From Thermodesulfobacteriota bacterium (GTDB taxonomy: Bacteria > Desulfobacterota > Desulfobacteria > Desulfobacterales > SURF-7), in assembly GCA_049320885.1 (NCBI GenBank), contig JBMORA010000033.1, positions 1-64,000 of the forward strand: a stretch of 64,000 bases of DNA, written 5' to 3'. This document shows positions 8,588-18,505 of the stretch, piece after piece (position 1 is the first letter of the stretch; each line of letters begins with the position of its first letter). The notes beneath the pieces were generated by a model, which was given only the letters and a program-made list of their open reading frames with translations, searched no databases and was not told the origin of the DNA. The position numbers and the translations under genes were made by a program.

Positions 8588-8767
8588 ATGGCATTACCGA
8601 AGCGCAGATGTTCCAAATCCAGACGCGACAAACGGCGGACCCATAAAAAGACGGCGGCGCCCAACGTATCCGCCTGCCAGGAATGCGGCGAAGCCAAACA
8701 GCCGCATCACGCCTGCCCTAGCTGCGGCTCCTACAAAGGCCGGACAGCCATCGAGGTCGCGGAATAG
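8588..8767 (+). CDS. rpmF: 50S ribosomal protein L32 (not in the ORF track)
   Basis: MALPKRRCSKSRRDKRRTH...CQECG..HHACPSCGSYKGR. Confidence 0.95.
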   Translation: MALPKRRCSKSRRDKRRTHKKTAAPNVSACQECGEAKQPHHACPSCGSYKGRTAIEVAE

Positions 8768-8969
8768 GCGGCAATAAATCCTATTCAATACCTAACCTTC
8801 CGATTCGGAAGCTGAAACACATCCCCATCAATCTATCTGTTTCATCGGGTGGCCGTTTCATCGGGTTACAGCAGTGTCGATTTATCGGGTTTCTGAAAAG
8901 GCCGGTTCAAGTGAACCGGCCCCATCGCCCCAGTTCGCAGCGGGATGATTATGGGAAAGGAGAAAATAC

Positions 8970-9200
8970 ATGTCGGTTCAGGATAAAGTGATCAAAGTGA
9001 TAGCGGAAAAACTCGGTATTGAGAAAAGTGAAATCGTTTTGGAGGCCTCCCTGGTGGATGACCTCGGCGCGGACTCCCTCGACCTGGTGGAACTGGTCAT
9101 GACCATGGAGGAAGAATTCGATATCGAGATTCCGGATGAAGACGCGGAAAAACTGGTAACCGTCAAAGACGCCATTGATTATATCATCGCCCATTCGTGA
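8970..9200 (+). CDS. acpP: acyl carrier protein
   Basis: [14 protein letters not shown]. Confidence 0.97.
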   Translation: MSVQDKVIKVIAEKLGIEKSEIVLEASLVDDLGADSLDLVELVMTMEEEFDIEIPDEDAEKLVTVKDAIDYIIAHS

Positions 9201-9236
9201 TTCGTAAATACCATTAATTTTGTCAGGTCGGCCCCG

Positions 9237-10511
9237 ATGTCGCCACAGCAGCCACTCAGAAGGGTTGTCGTCACCGGAATCGGCCTGGTGACCCCCTTGG
9301 GCATCGGGATCCGGGAAACCTGGTCGGCATTGTGTTCCGGAAAATCAGGGGTCGTTGGCATTTCCCGTTTCGATGCCACGGGTTTCACCACCCGGATCGC
9401 GGCCGAAGTCCGGAATTTTCAGCCGAAAAACTTTCTGACCGCCAAGGAAGCCAACCGGACGGAGCTGTTTGTGGCCTACGGTCTGGCCGCGGGACGTCTG
9501 GCCGTGGAAGATGCCGGGCTGACCATCGATCACACCAATTCCCATCGCACCGGCGTGTTGACCGGCTGCGGGTTCGGCGGACTCGCCAGTCTCGAAAGAA
9601 CTTGTGACATACTGCGCCTCAAGGGACCCGGCCGGGTCAGCCCCTTTTTCATCCCCATGATGATCGGCAACATGGCGGCGGGAATGATCTCCATCCATTT
9701 GAATGCCCGGGGGCCGAATTCCTCCATTGCCACGGCCTGTGCGGCCGGAACCCATGCCATCGGCGAGGCGTTCAACCTGATCCGGCGCGGCGCCGCGGAC
9801 GCCATGATCACCGGCGGCACCGAGGCCCTGGTGACGCCCACCTGCATTGCGGGCTTCAACGCCCTCAAGGCTCTGTCCACCCGCAACCACGAACCGGAAA
9901 AAGCCTGCCGGCCGTTTGACAAGGACCGAGACGGCTTTGTGGTGGGGGAAGGCAGCGGCATGCTGGTGCTGGAGACGCTTGCGGCGGCCCGGGAGCGCGG
10001 CGCCCGGATTTACGCCGAAATCACGGGATTCGGCATGAGCTCAGACGGGTTCCATATCACCGCGCCCCCGCCGGACGGCGAGGGCGCCGCCCGCTGCATG
10101 CAGGCAGCCCTGGGAGATGCGGGACTTTCCCCCACGGATATCGATTACATCAATGCCCATGGAACCGGGACGCCGCTCAACGACCTGGCGGAAACTCGGG
10201 CCATCAAGACCGTCTTCGGCCCCCATGCCGGCGCCCTGGCCGTATCTTCCACCAAATCCATGACCGGGCATCTACTGGGAGGCGCGGGCGGAATCGAAAC
10301 CGCCTTTACCGCGCTCGCCATCCATCATGGCGTCATACCGCCCACCATCAACCTGGATCAACCGGACGACGGCTGCGATCTGGATTATGTGCCCCACAAG
10401 GCCCGCGACAAGCAGGTGCGGGCCGCGATGAACAATTCCTTTGGTTTCGGCGGGACCAACGCCTGCCTGGTGTTGCAGGCACACGACGGATTCCGGGAAA
10501 AAAGCGTCTGA
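9237..10511 (+). CDS. fabF: beta-ketoacyl-ACP synthase II
   Basis: TACAAG, NAHGTGT, KSMTGH, NSFGFGG. Confidence 0.95.
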   Translation: MSPQQPLRRVVVTGIGLVTPLGIGIRETWSALCSGKSGVVGISRFDATGFTTRIAAEVRNFQPKNFLTAKEANRTELFVAYGLAAGRLAVEDAGLTIDHTNSHRTGVLTGCGFGGLASLERTCDILRLKGPGRVSPFFIPMMIGNMAAGMISIHLNARGPNSSIATACAAGTHAIGEAFNLIRRGAADAMITGGTEALVTPTCIAGFNALKALSTRNHEPEKACRPFDKDRDGFVVGEGSGMLVLETLAAARERGARIYAEITGFGMSSDGFHITAPPPDGEGAARCMQAALGDAGLSPTDIDYINAHGTGTPLNDLAETRAIKTVFGPHAGALAVSSTKSMTGHLLGGAGGIETAFTALAIHHGVIPPTINLDQPDDGCDLDYVPHKARDKQVRAAMNNSFGFGGTNACLVLQAHDGFREKSV

Positions 10512-10520
10512 CGACGGCGC

Positions 10521-11372
10521 TCAGAAAACAATCCCCACATACCCCACGAAACTGTCACCGGGATGTTTTTCATAACTGGTGGCATAGGCCACCTGTTCGG
10601 CTGCTCCGGCCCCCAGCGCTTGCCCTGCCGCTATGGCCGTGGCCGCCGCGCCGGCGCAGCAGGCATTGTGTTTGCGCTCGGCCTCCCGCAGGACCGAAAG
10701 GGGGTCCATGGCGAGCATGGCCGTTATCACCGCCCGATCGTTTTCCAGGCGCACCCATTCATGGGCGCCCTTGCCCGCGCCCCGGGGGGCGAAGCCGTAA
10801 CCGGCGCCATAGTGGGTCAGATCCGTGGAGCCGAGCACCTTGACCTTCAGGCCCAGTTCCAGGGCCTGCTCCACGGCATACCGGCCGATTTCCAATGATC
10901 CGGGGTTGGGGGGGACCCCCATGGGCAGGATGCGGCTGTCCGGGAAAAAATATTTGACGAAGGGCAGCTGAAGCTCGATGGTGTTGTCTTCCGTGAAGCG
11001 CTCCGCGGTTTCCACGCGGAACGGAAACTTGCCTGTCAGTCGGGAGGCCATATCCGCCGCAATGGCAAGATCGCCGAAGGGGGTTTCCCAGGCGCCTTCG
11101 GCCATGATGTAATTGGCGGAGTGGGGGTGGAGGTGCATGCCGAAAAGAAGGATGACGTCCGGAGCCGGTCCCTCCGCAAGACGCTGGATGACGTTACAGG
11201 CGATTTTGCCGGAGTAATACCAGCCGGCATGGGGCACGATGCCGCCCACAAGGCCGGTGCTCCTCCCGGGAGCGCTCCCGGCGTCCGCCAGGAAGGAACG
11301 GATTTCCGTCTCACACGCCGAGGCCCTGTCCGGATACCAGCTGCCCGCAAAAACGGCTTTTCGTCTTTTCAC
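10521..11372 (-). CDS. AmmeMemoRadiSam protein B (MEMO1 family)
   Basis: AGSWYP, PHAGWYYSG, ELQLPF, STDLTHYG, VGYVGI. Confidence 0.85.
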   Translation of the reverse strand: MKRRKAVFAGSWYPDRASACETEIRSFLADAGSAPGRSTGLVGGIVPHAGWYYSGKIACNVIQRLAEGPAPDVILLFGMHLHPHSANYIMAEGAWETPFGDLAIAADMASRLTGKFPFRVETAERFTEDNTIELQLPFVKYFFPDSRILPMGVPPNPGSLEIGRYAVEQALELGLKVKVLGSTDLTHYGAGYGFAPRGAGKGAHEWVRLENDRAVITAMLAMDPLSVLREAERKHNACCAGAAATAIAAGQALGAGAAEQVAYATSYEKHPGDSFVGYVGIVF

Positions 11373-11435
11373 CGCGCCTGTCTCCTTTCGTTCCCTGGTC
11401 GGAGCGGGCCCCTGGTGGCCGGACCGCCGTCCGGA

Positions 11436-12560
11436 TCACTTCACCTGGCAGTCGACCCGATCCGGTCCGAAATCGGTCACCTCGAAACCCTGCCCGCCGA
11501 ATTTCCTGCCGTCCAGCAGCTCCGCCAGCTCTTCGCTGGTTCCCTTGTAGCGGAGATCCAGCACCAGCAGTCCGCTGGTTTTGTTCCAGCCCTCTTTTTT
11601 GCTCGAGGCCACCTGTTTCATGGATTCGATATCGGCCACGGCCTCCTTGTACTGCCGGAAGGTTTTGATGTTGGTGATATACAATTTCAAGGGAGCGCCG
11701 TTGTTCAGGTAGTCCTGGAAGGATTCGGTGACGGCGTTGACCAGGTAGTCGTCCACGGTCTTCTGAACCGCTTCCTTCAGCGACAGGGTGGCGCCCGTCA
11801 GGGGACTGATATGCGCCGCTACTCCGTTTTTCACCACCGAGCCCAGCAGAAGGCCGCTCTGACTCTGGACCACCTTCAACTGCATGCTGGACTGCAGGGA
11901 GCGCATTCCGGTTCCGGCAATGGCTTCGCCGATATCCTGAACCACGGCTTTTCCCAGAATGACATATTGGGCGCCGAAGGCCAGCCCCAGACTGGAGGCG
12001 GCTTCCAGATTCCCGGCCAGGGCCTGGCGCGCCTTGTCCTGGGCTTTGGCCTGTTCCACCTGGGTCTTGTCCACCAGCTCGAACCCTTTGGCCTGGAGCT
12101 GAGCGCTCAACTCGGTCTCCGCGATGCGCATCTGCGGTTTGGCCATGTCGAGATAATCCTCTTCGATGAGAATCATCAATTTGGGACGTTCCATGCTGTC
12201 CAGGAGGATCTTCAGGGCCATCAGGTCATCCTTGATTTTATCCAGGGAGACCGTGGCGCGGATTTTGGCCGTGTAGTTGCCGTTGCTCTGGACTTCGGTC
12301 AACACTTTGAACTGCTTAACATATCCCTGGGTGCGGGACAGAATTTTATCCTTCTGGAGGACATAGTTCTCCGTCTCGGTCTCGGAATGAATGAACACGC
12401 CGACCCCCTGTTCCACGGCCGCCCGCTGGGCCTGCCGGATGGCGTCCTCCTTGGAGATATAGCTGATTCCCTCCGCTTCCACCACCTTGTCTTCCGCAAA
12501 AACGCCGGCTGCCGGCAAGATCACTATCAGGAAGATCCACAATCCGATCCGTTTTTTCAT
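11436..12560 (-). CDS. exported protein with FlgT-N-like domain
   Basis: Signal peptide; VEAEG..AIRQAQRAAVEQGVGVFIHSET..ILSRTQGYVK. Confidence 0.65.
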   Translation of the reverse strand: MKKRIGLWIFLIVILPAAGVFAEDKVVEAEGISYISKEDAIRQAQRAAVEQGVGVFIHSETETENYVLQKDKILSRTQGYVKQFKVLTEVQSNGNYTAKIRATVSLDKIKDDLMALKILLDSMERPKLMILIEEDYLDMAKPQMRIAETELSAQLQAKGFELVDKTQVEQAKAQDKARQALAGNLEAASSLGLAFGAQYVILGKAVVQDIGEAIAGTGMRSLQSSMQLKVVQSQSGLLLGSVVKNGVAAHISPLTGATLSLKEAVQKTVDDYLVNAVTESFQDYLNNGAPLKLYITNIKTFRQYKEAVADIESMKQVASSKKEGWNKTSGLLVLDLRYKGTSEELAELLDGRKFGGQGFEVTDFGPDRVDCQVK

Positions 12561-12565
12561 CCGTT

Positions 12566-13291
12566 TCACCCCTCCAGCGCTGTTGCAACCTGCTTCTCAT
12601 AGGCAGGGTCAAGAGCGACACATTGATGAAATAATTTTTCAGCGGCGGCCCGGTCACCCTTATCCAGGGCCTCCAGACCGTTCGAAAAATACACCGCGGC
12701 CTCGATGCCGCCCTTGGACACGCCCGTTTCCGGCTGATAGGCCACCCGCAGGGACTCGGCGATTTTACCGGCCAGATTCCGCTCCAGTTCGATGAAAGCA
12801 TCGCTTTTCCCGGAAATGGATTCGGATATGATCAACTCGCCGGTTTCCACTTTCACGATCCGGACATCGATGCGCACCTCCGCTCCCAGAACCATGAAGG
12901 ACCCGAAGGCAATGCTTTGGGCGCCCAGGAGTTTCCCCACCTGCACCGCGGTGGACGGATCCACGCTCCCGGTTTGACCCAGGGCGATTTCCTTGAGCAG
13001 GGCCTCGATTTTGCTGCGTTCGATCAATTTCAGGGTTCCGCCGCCCTTGCTGAGATCCGTGATCAGCATCGCGGCCAGTCCCTTGCGGAGGGGTTCATAG
13101 TGCTCCGCATCGGTGACGGCGTTGTTTTCGAAAGGCAGGATCGCCAGGGTTTTCGGCTTGCCGTCCAATTCCACCGCCGGCCCCGTCGTCACATCACCGG
13201 TGGGCGTGGCCCCCGCGCAGCCGAACAGCAGCAACAGAACCAGCCAGGCGGCAGGCCTGCACAAACGATTTCCCGTGGGTACTGTTCTCAT
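12566..13291 (-). CDS. CsgG/HfaB/FlgO-like lipoprotein
   Basis: Lipobox LFGC; LAILPFEN, IERSKIEALLKEIALGQTG, GKLLGA; C-terminal TPR. Confidence 0.75.
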   Translation of the reverse strand: MRTVPTGNRLCRPAAWLVLLLLFGCAGATPTGDVTTGPAVELDGKPKTLAILPFENNAVTDAEHYEPLRKGLAAMLITDLSKGGGTLKLIERSKIEALLKEIALGQTGSVDPSTAVQVGKLLGAQSIAFGSFMVLGAEVRIDVRIVKVETGELIISESISGKSDAFIELERNLAGKIAESLRVAYQPETGVSKGGIEAAVYFSNGLEALDKGDRAAAEKLFHQCVALDPAYEKQVATALEG

Positions 13292-13381
13292 CCGTACAAT
13301 TTCCTTGCAAATTCAATGGGGACAATGGTGTCGACGGAAACGGACAACCACCCCGTCAATCCGGCCCTTCCCCGGCCGCCA

Positions 13382-14632
13382 TCAATGGCCGCCGCCACCA
13401 CCACCGCCGCCGCCGCGACCTTCCTTGGCCGCTGCTTCCGCGGCTTTATCGGCCTTGGTTTGATTATCCTTGGCGGTTTGGATGGCCGTCTCCACATAGG
13501 TGGCCACATCGCCTGCCGACATGGCGGCAAGCTGACCCACGGCCGGCGTGGATGCCGTCGGGCAGGAAACATATCCGTCCCGGGCCATGTCGAATTTCGG
13601 ATCTTCCTGGAGTGCCATGGCAAACAGGTTCTTGGCCTTGGCCCAATTGCCGGCGTCCATGGCGTCCAATGCGTCGCCATAATACATCAGGGCCTTGAAA
13701 TTGGTGGTATGGGGCGTGCCGATGGCCCTGGTTTCCTCGGGAGTCAGCCGGATGTCCATCATTTTAGCCGTATCCATCACAATCTGTTTGGGAATATCGA
13801 AAAAGGCCTCCTGGGGAACCGTGGCCGTGGTGGTTCCCTTGACCTTCCCTTCGATGGCGGAGGCCAGGGATGTCGATATCTGAATGCCTTCGGACATTCC
13901 GCCGGTAACCAACGTTCCCGCGCCCAGCAACTTGCCGACCCGGGGCGCCGACCCCTGGTCCACGACGCCGGTCTGGCCGAGCTTCATTTCCTGCATGAGG
14001 GCCTGAAGACGGACCCGTTCCACGACTTTCAGGGATTTGATTTTGGAAAGGTCCGTAATGACCATGGCCGCCAGTCCTTTCTGAAGGCTGCGCAGCCGGT
14101 TATCCGGCGACAGATCTTTATAATAACAAACAGCGACGGTGTTCGGCGATTGCCCGGCGGTTTTCAGCGAGGCCTCGGCGGCCAGGGCCTCCCTGGCCGC
14201 TTTTTGGCTTTCGGCGATTTGAAGCACGGTGATCATCCGGCGGATTTCCTCTTCCACCAGCGGTTTTTTCTGGTCCCGGTAGCCCTGCCACACCGCTCCG
14301 GCTTTGCCGAATTCCCCCTTGTTCAGATAAGCCGTGCCCAAATACAGGACGGCATAGGGATCTCCGGGCTTCAGCACAAGGGTCTTTTCAAAGGTGGACA
14401 CGGCCTGGTCGAGTTTGCCGGATTTCAGATACGCAAACCCGAGCTTGTTCATTTCATCGATGGAATCCGGATGCTGCTGAAGATAGGTCTCCAGGATGGG
14501 TATGGCTTCGTCATAGGCTTCCTGGCTCATTTTGAAATCCGCCTTGACAAGGTCCAGACCGGAACACCCCGAAAAACAACTGGCCGCCGCCATGAAAAAA
14601 ATGAACAATCCAAGCTGTCTCGTCATCCTCAT
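13382..14632 (-). CDS. TPR + CsgG-like domain lipoprotein
   Basis: Lipobox FSGC; TPRs; VERVRLQALMQEMKLGQTG..GKLLGA; poly-Gly tail. Confidence 0.75.
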   Translation of the reverse strand: MRMTRQLGLFIFFMAAASCFSGCSGLDLVKADFKMSQEAYDEAIPILETYLQQHPDSIDEMNKLGFAYLKSGKLDQAVSTFEKTLVLKPGDPYAVLYLGTAYLNKGEFGKAGAVWQGYRDQKKPLVEEEIRRMITVLQIAESQKAAREALAAEASLKTAGQSPNTVAVCYYKDLSPDNRLRSLQKGLAAMVITDLSKIKSLKVVERVRLQALMQEMKLGQTGVVDQGSAPRVGKLLGAGTLVTGGMSEGIQISTSLASAIEGKVKGTTTATVPQEAFFDIPKQIVMDTAKMMDIRLTPEETRAIGTPHTTNFKALMYYGDALDAMDAGNWAKAKNLFAMALQEDPKFDMARDGYVSCPTASTPAVGQLAAMSAGDVATYVETAIQTAKDNQTKADKAAEAAAKEGRGGGGGGGGGH

Positions 14633-14889
14633 CGAGTCCTCCTTGATATGTGGTGCATTCTCCTCGCAAGCGTTTCATCAGCCGGAATAAGGTTCGAATA
14701 TTATCCCAAACCGTTTCCATTGGCAAGAATTTCTCTCCATGGACTTTTTTTATCGATTTACATGATTAATGTATTGTAACCGCGACGATTTATGATTATA
14801 CAACATCAGGACGAACCGGTTGCGGAACCAATTCAATAGGGTGGACACGGGTCCTGTGGAATGGTACGTTGTACCCTGGGAGGAAAAAC

Positions 14890-15714
14890 ATGTGGGAATA
14901 TACGGATAAAACCAAAGATCATTTTTTGAATCCTCGTAATGTCGGCGTAATCGAAGACGCCGACGGTATCGGCGAGGTCGGCTCCATTGCCTGCGGGGAT
15001 GCCCTCAAACTGACCTTTAAATTGGACGAAAACAAGCGCATCCGGGAAGCCAAATTTCAGACCTTCGGTTGCGCCAGCGCCATCGCCTCTTCTTCCGCCC
15101 TGACGGAAATGATCAAGGGCCTGTCCATCGAGGAAGCCCAAAAGATCACCAACGAACAGATCGCCCAATATCTCGGCGGATTGCCGAAGGAGAAAATGCA
15201 TTGTTCCGTCATGGGACGCGACGCCCTGGAAAAAGCCATCTCCTATTACCGCGGCGAAGCCGCCAAACAAATCGAAGGGGAAATCGTCTGTGAATGCTTC
15301 GGCATCACGGATCTCGAAATCAAACGGGTGGTGACGGAAAACCGTCTGGCCACCATCGAGGAGGTCACCGATTTCGTCAAGGCGGGAGGCGGTTGCGGAA
15401 AATGCCACGAAAAGATCCAGACCATCATCGATGATCTGACCGGGCGGGACAGGGCCGATAAGAAAAAGGCCTCCCGGTTGACCAATATTCAGAAGATCAA
15501 GCTGATCGAAGAAACCCTCCGCCGGGAAATCAAGCCCGCCCTGGAGAAAGACGGTGGGAACATCGATCTGGTCGACGTGGACGGCTCGCGGGTTCTGGTT
15601 TCCCTGCGGGGCACCTGCGCGACCTGCAGTAAATCCCAGATCACCCTGAAGAATTATGTGGAATCGAAGCTGCGGGAACTGGTCGCGGACGATCTCGTTG
15701 TGGAGGAGGTCTAG
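14890..15714 (+). CDS. nifU: Fe-S scaffold NifU
   Basis: ACGDAL, FGCASA, KMHCS, VCECF, GGGCGKC, GTCATC. Confidence 0.95.
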   Translation: MWEYTDKTKDHFLNPRNVGVIEDADGIGEVGSIACGDALKLTFKLDENKRIREAKFQTFGCASAIASSSALTEMIKGLSIEEAQKITNEQIAQYLGGLPKEKMHCSVMGRDALEKAISYYRGEAAKQIEGEIVCECFGITDLEIKRVVTENRLATIEEVTDFVKAGGGCGKCHEKIQTIIDDLTGRDRADKKKASRLTNIQKIKLIEETLRREIKPALEKDGGNIDLVDVDGSRVLVSLRGTCATCSKSQITLKNYVESKLRELVADDLVVEEV

Positions 15715-15717
15715 CCC

Positions 15718-16878
15718 ATGAACGTCATCTATACCGACAACAACGCCACGACCAGAGTGGACGAGCTGGTTTTGGAGGCAATGCTTCCGTATCTCCGGGA
15801 TTACTACGGCAACCCGTCCAGCATGCATACCTTCGGCGGACAGGTCGCCCGCGAGATCGCCAATGCCAGAGCCCGGACGGCCGCCTTGCTGAACGCCAGG
15901 CCGGAGGAAATCCTTTTCACCAGTTGCGGCACCGAAAGCGACAGCACGGCCATTCGGGCGGCGATCGCCTCCAATCCGGAAAAGCGCCATATCGTCACCA
16001 CCCGGGTGGAGCATCCGGCCATTAAAAACCTCTGCGAGCATCTGGCCAAAAACGGCTACCGGATCACCTTCGTGCCGGTGGACCGGAACGGGGCCCTGGA
16101 TTTAGACACCCTGCACAAAAGCCTTTCCAATGATACGGCCATCGTCAGCGTGATGTGGGCCAACAATGAAACCGGCGTGATTTTTCCGGTCGAGGAAATC
16201 GCCGCCGAAGTCCGTGAACGCGGGATCGTCTTCCACAGCGACGCGGTCCAGGCGGTGGGCAAGATACCCATCGACCTCGGCAAACTGGATATCGATATGC
16301 TGTCCCTTTCCGGGCATAAAATCCATGCGCCCAAGGGGATCGGCGCCCTCTATATCCGGAAGGGAACCAAGTTCTCGCCTTTTCTGATCGGCGGCCACCA
16401 GGAATCCGGCCGAAGGGGTGGGACGGAAAACGTCGCCGCCATCGTCGGCCTTGGAAAAGCCTGCGAACTGGCCGGAGCGCGGATGGCGGATGAAAATACG
16501 CGGGTCAGGGAATTGCGCGACCGACTGGAGAATTCCCTGCTGAAAAAAATCGACCATGCCTTTGTCAACGGCGCGGGCCAGCAACGGCTGCCCAATACCA
16601 CCAGCATCGCCTTCGAATATGTGGAAGGGGAAGCCATTCTGTTGATGATGAACGAATACGGCATCTGCGCCTCGTCCGGCTCTGCCTGCACATCCGGCTC
16701 CCTGGAACCGTCGCATGTACTGCGAGCCATGGGGGTTCCCTTCACCGCGGCCCACGGTTCCATCCGGTTCAGCCTGAGCATTTACAATACGGCGGAAGAG
16801 ATCGACATCATCGTGGACAAACTGCCGCCCATCATCGCCAGGCTGCGGGAGCTGTCTCCTTTTTGGAAAACATCCTGA
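15718..16878 (+). CDS. nifS: cysteine desulfurase NifS
   Basis: DNNATT, SGHKIH, SSGSACTS. Confidence 0.95.
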   Translation: MNVIYTDNNATTRVDELVLEAMLPYLRDYYGNPSSMHTFGGQVAREIANARARTAALLNARPEEILFTSCGTESDSTAIRAAIASNPEKRHIVTTRVEHPAIKNLCEHLAKNGYRITFVPVDRNGALDLDTLHKSLSNDTAIVSVMWANNETGVIFPVEEIAAEVRERGIVFHSDAVQAVGKIPIDLGKLDIDMLSLSGHKIHAPKGIGALYIRKGTKFSPFLIGGHQESGRRGGTENVAAIVGLGKACELAGARMADENTRVRELRDRLENSLLKKIDHAFVNGAGQQRLPNTTSIAFEYVEGEAILLMMNEYGICASSGSACTSGSLEPSHVLRAMGVPFTAAHGSIRFSLSIYNTAEEIDIIVDKLPPIIARLRELSPFWKTS

Positions 16879-16915
16879 AGCGGAAGATTGTTCCACCACC
16901 AGGAGAGCGGGGTTT

Positions 16916-18505
16916 ATGTATCGCGTCATGATTCGGGACAATATGGATCCGGTGGCCCGGGAAATCCTTGAATCCACGGGTCAAATCCAGGTGACCGTCG
17001 ATAACCGGAAGGAAACCGGCAGCCCGGAGGCCGTTGCGGAGTGGATCGGTCAGTATCACGGCATCGCCGTCCGCAGCGGTACGCAACTATCCGCCGGTGT
17101 GCTGGAAAAAGCCGGGCAGCTGAAAGTCGTCGGCCGGGCGGGAATCGGGGTGGACAATATCGATGTGGCGGCGGCCACCCGGCAGGGGATCGTGGTAATG
17201 AATGCGCCCGGCGGCAACACCGTCACCACCGGGGAACACGCCATAGCGCTCCTGCTGTCCCTGGCCCGGAACATCCCCCAGGCAACGGCCTCGATCCGGG
17301 CGGGCCGCTGGGAGAAGAAGCAGTTGACCGGCATCGAGATAACCGGAAAAACCATCGGTGTCATCGGTTTGGGCCATATCGGCCGGATAGTCGCGAGCAG
17401 GGCCAAGGGGTTGTTGATGAATGTGATCGCCAGCGATCCGTTTGTGAGCCCCGCCTCCGCCCGGGAGATGGGCGTCGAACTGGTGCCCCTGGAAGACCTG
17501 CTCCGCAGGTCCGATTTCATCAGCCTGCATGTGCCGCGGATGAAAGAAACCCTGAACATGATCAATGCCGAAACTCTCCGCATGGTGAAGCCCGGTGTCC
17601 GGATCATCAATTGTTCCCGGGGAGAAGTGGTCAACCTGGATGATCTCCATCGGGCCCTCGAGAACGGAACCGTCGCCGGCGCGGCCCTGGACGTGCTGCC
17701 GAAGGAACCCCCGGATCCTTCCCTGCCCATACTCCAGCATCCCCGTGTCATCTTCACTCCCCACCTGGGCGCCAGCACCGACGAAGCCCAGGTGAAAGTG
17801 GCGCAAATGATCGCGACGCAGATGGCCGATTATCTCTGCCAGTCGATTATCGTCAACGCCGTCAATTTTCCTTCGATTTCAAAAGAGGTGCTGGAAAAAA
17901 TCCGCCCCCACCTTATCCTGGCGGAAAAAATGGGCTCCCTGATGGGGCAGATGAGCCAGAAAGCCTGCGACATCACCATTTCCTACAACGGCGACATGGC
18001 CCGGCTGGACACCCGGCCCCTGACGCATGCCGTGTTGAAAGGCCTGCTGTCCTCCTTTACGGACGAACCGGTCAACGATGTGAGCGCTCCGAGTCTGGCC
18101 GCGGAAAAGGGCATCCATTTCAAGGAAACCACGAGTTCCCTGTCCGACGATTTCGCCGGCTTGATCAAAATCAAGCTGGAAGGTTGCGAAGACGCCCCCA
18201 ACGAAATCTGGGGCACGGTCTTCAGCAAGAAGCATCCGCGCATCGTACGATTCGGCGAAATCTATATGGACGCCATTCCCGAAGGGGACATGCTCATCGT
18301 CCAGAATATCGACCGGCCGGGAGTGATCGGCAACCTCGGGACCACCCTGGGACGCCACCAGATCAATATCGCCCGCTTCCAGCTGGGCCGCCGGGGGGAT
18401 CGGGCATTGTGCATGGTCAATATCGATACGCCGGCGGATGAAAGCGTTATCGAGGACATTCGCCGCCTGCCCAACATCCTTTCCGTCTGCCAGGTGCGCC
18501 TGTAA
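16916..18505 (+). CDS. serA: D-3-phosphoglycerate dehydrogenase
   Basis: RAGIGVDNID, GLGHIG, TPHLGAST, C-terminal ACT domain. Confidence 0.95.
   Translation: MYRVMIRDNMDPVAREILESTGQIQVTVDNRKETGSPEAVAEWIGQYHGIAVRSGTQLSAGVLEKAGQLKVVGRAGIGVDNIDVAAATRQGIVVMNAPGGNTVTTGEHAIALLLSLARNIPQATASIRAGRWEKKQLTGIEITGKTIGVIGLGHIGRIVASRAKGLLMNVIASDPFVSPASAREMGVELVPLEDLLRRSDFISLHVPRMKETLNMINAETLRMVKPGVRIINCSRGEVVNLDDLHRALENGTVAGAALDVLPKEPPDPSLPILQHPRVIFTPHLGASTDEAQVKVAQMIATQMADYLCQSIIVNAVNFPSISKEVLEKIRPHLILAEKMGSLMGQMSQKACDITISYNGDMARLDTRPLTHAVLKGLLSSFTDEPVNDVSAPSLAAEKGIHFKETTSSLSDDFAGLIKIKLEGCEDAPNEIWGTVFSKKHPRIVRFGEIYMDAIPEGDMLIVQNIDRPGVIGNLGTTLGRHQINIARFQLGRRGDRALCMVNIDTPADESVIEDIRRLPNILSVCQVRL

Noticed and set aside
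14890..16878. Nitrogen fixation cluster
   Set aside because: No nifHDK in the window; stand-alone nifU-nifS serves general Fe-S assembly in many anaerobes.
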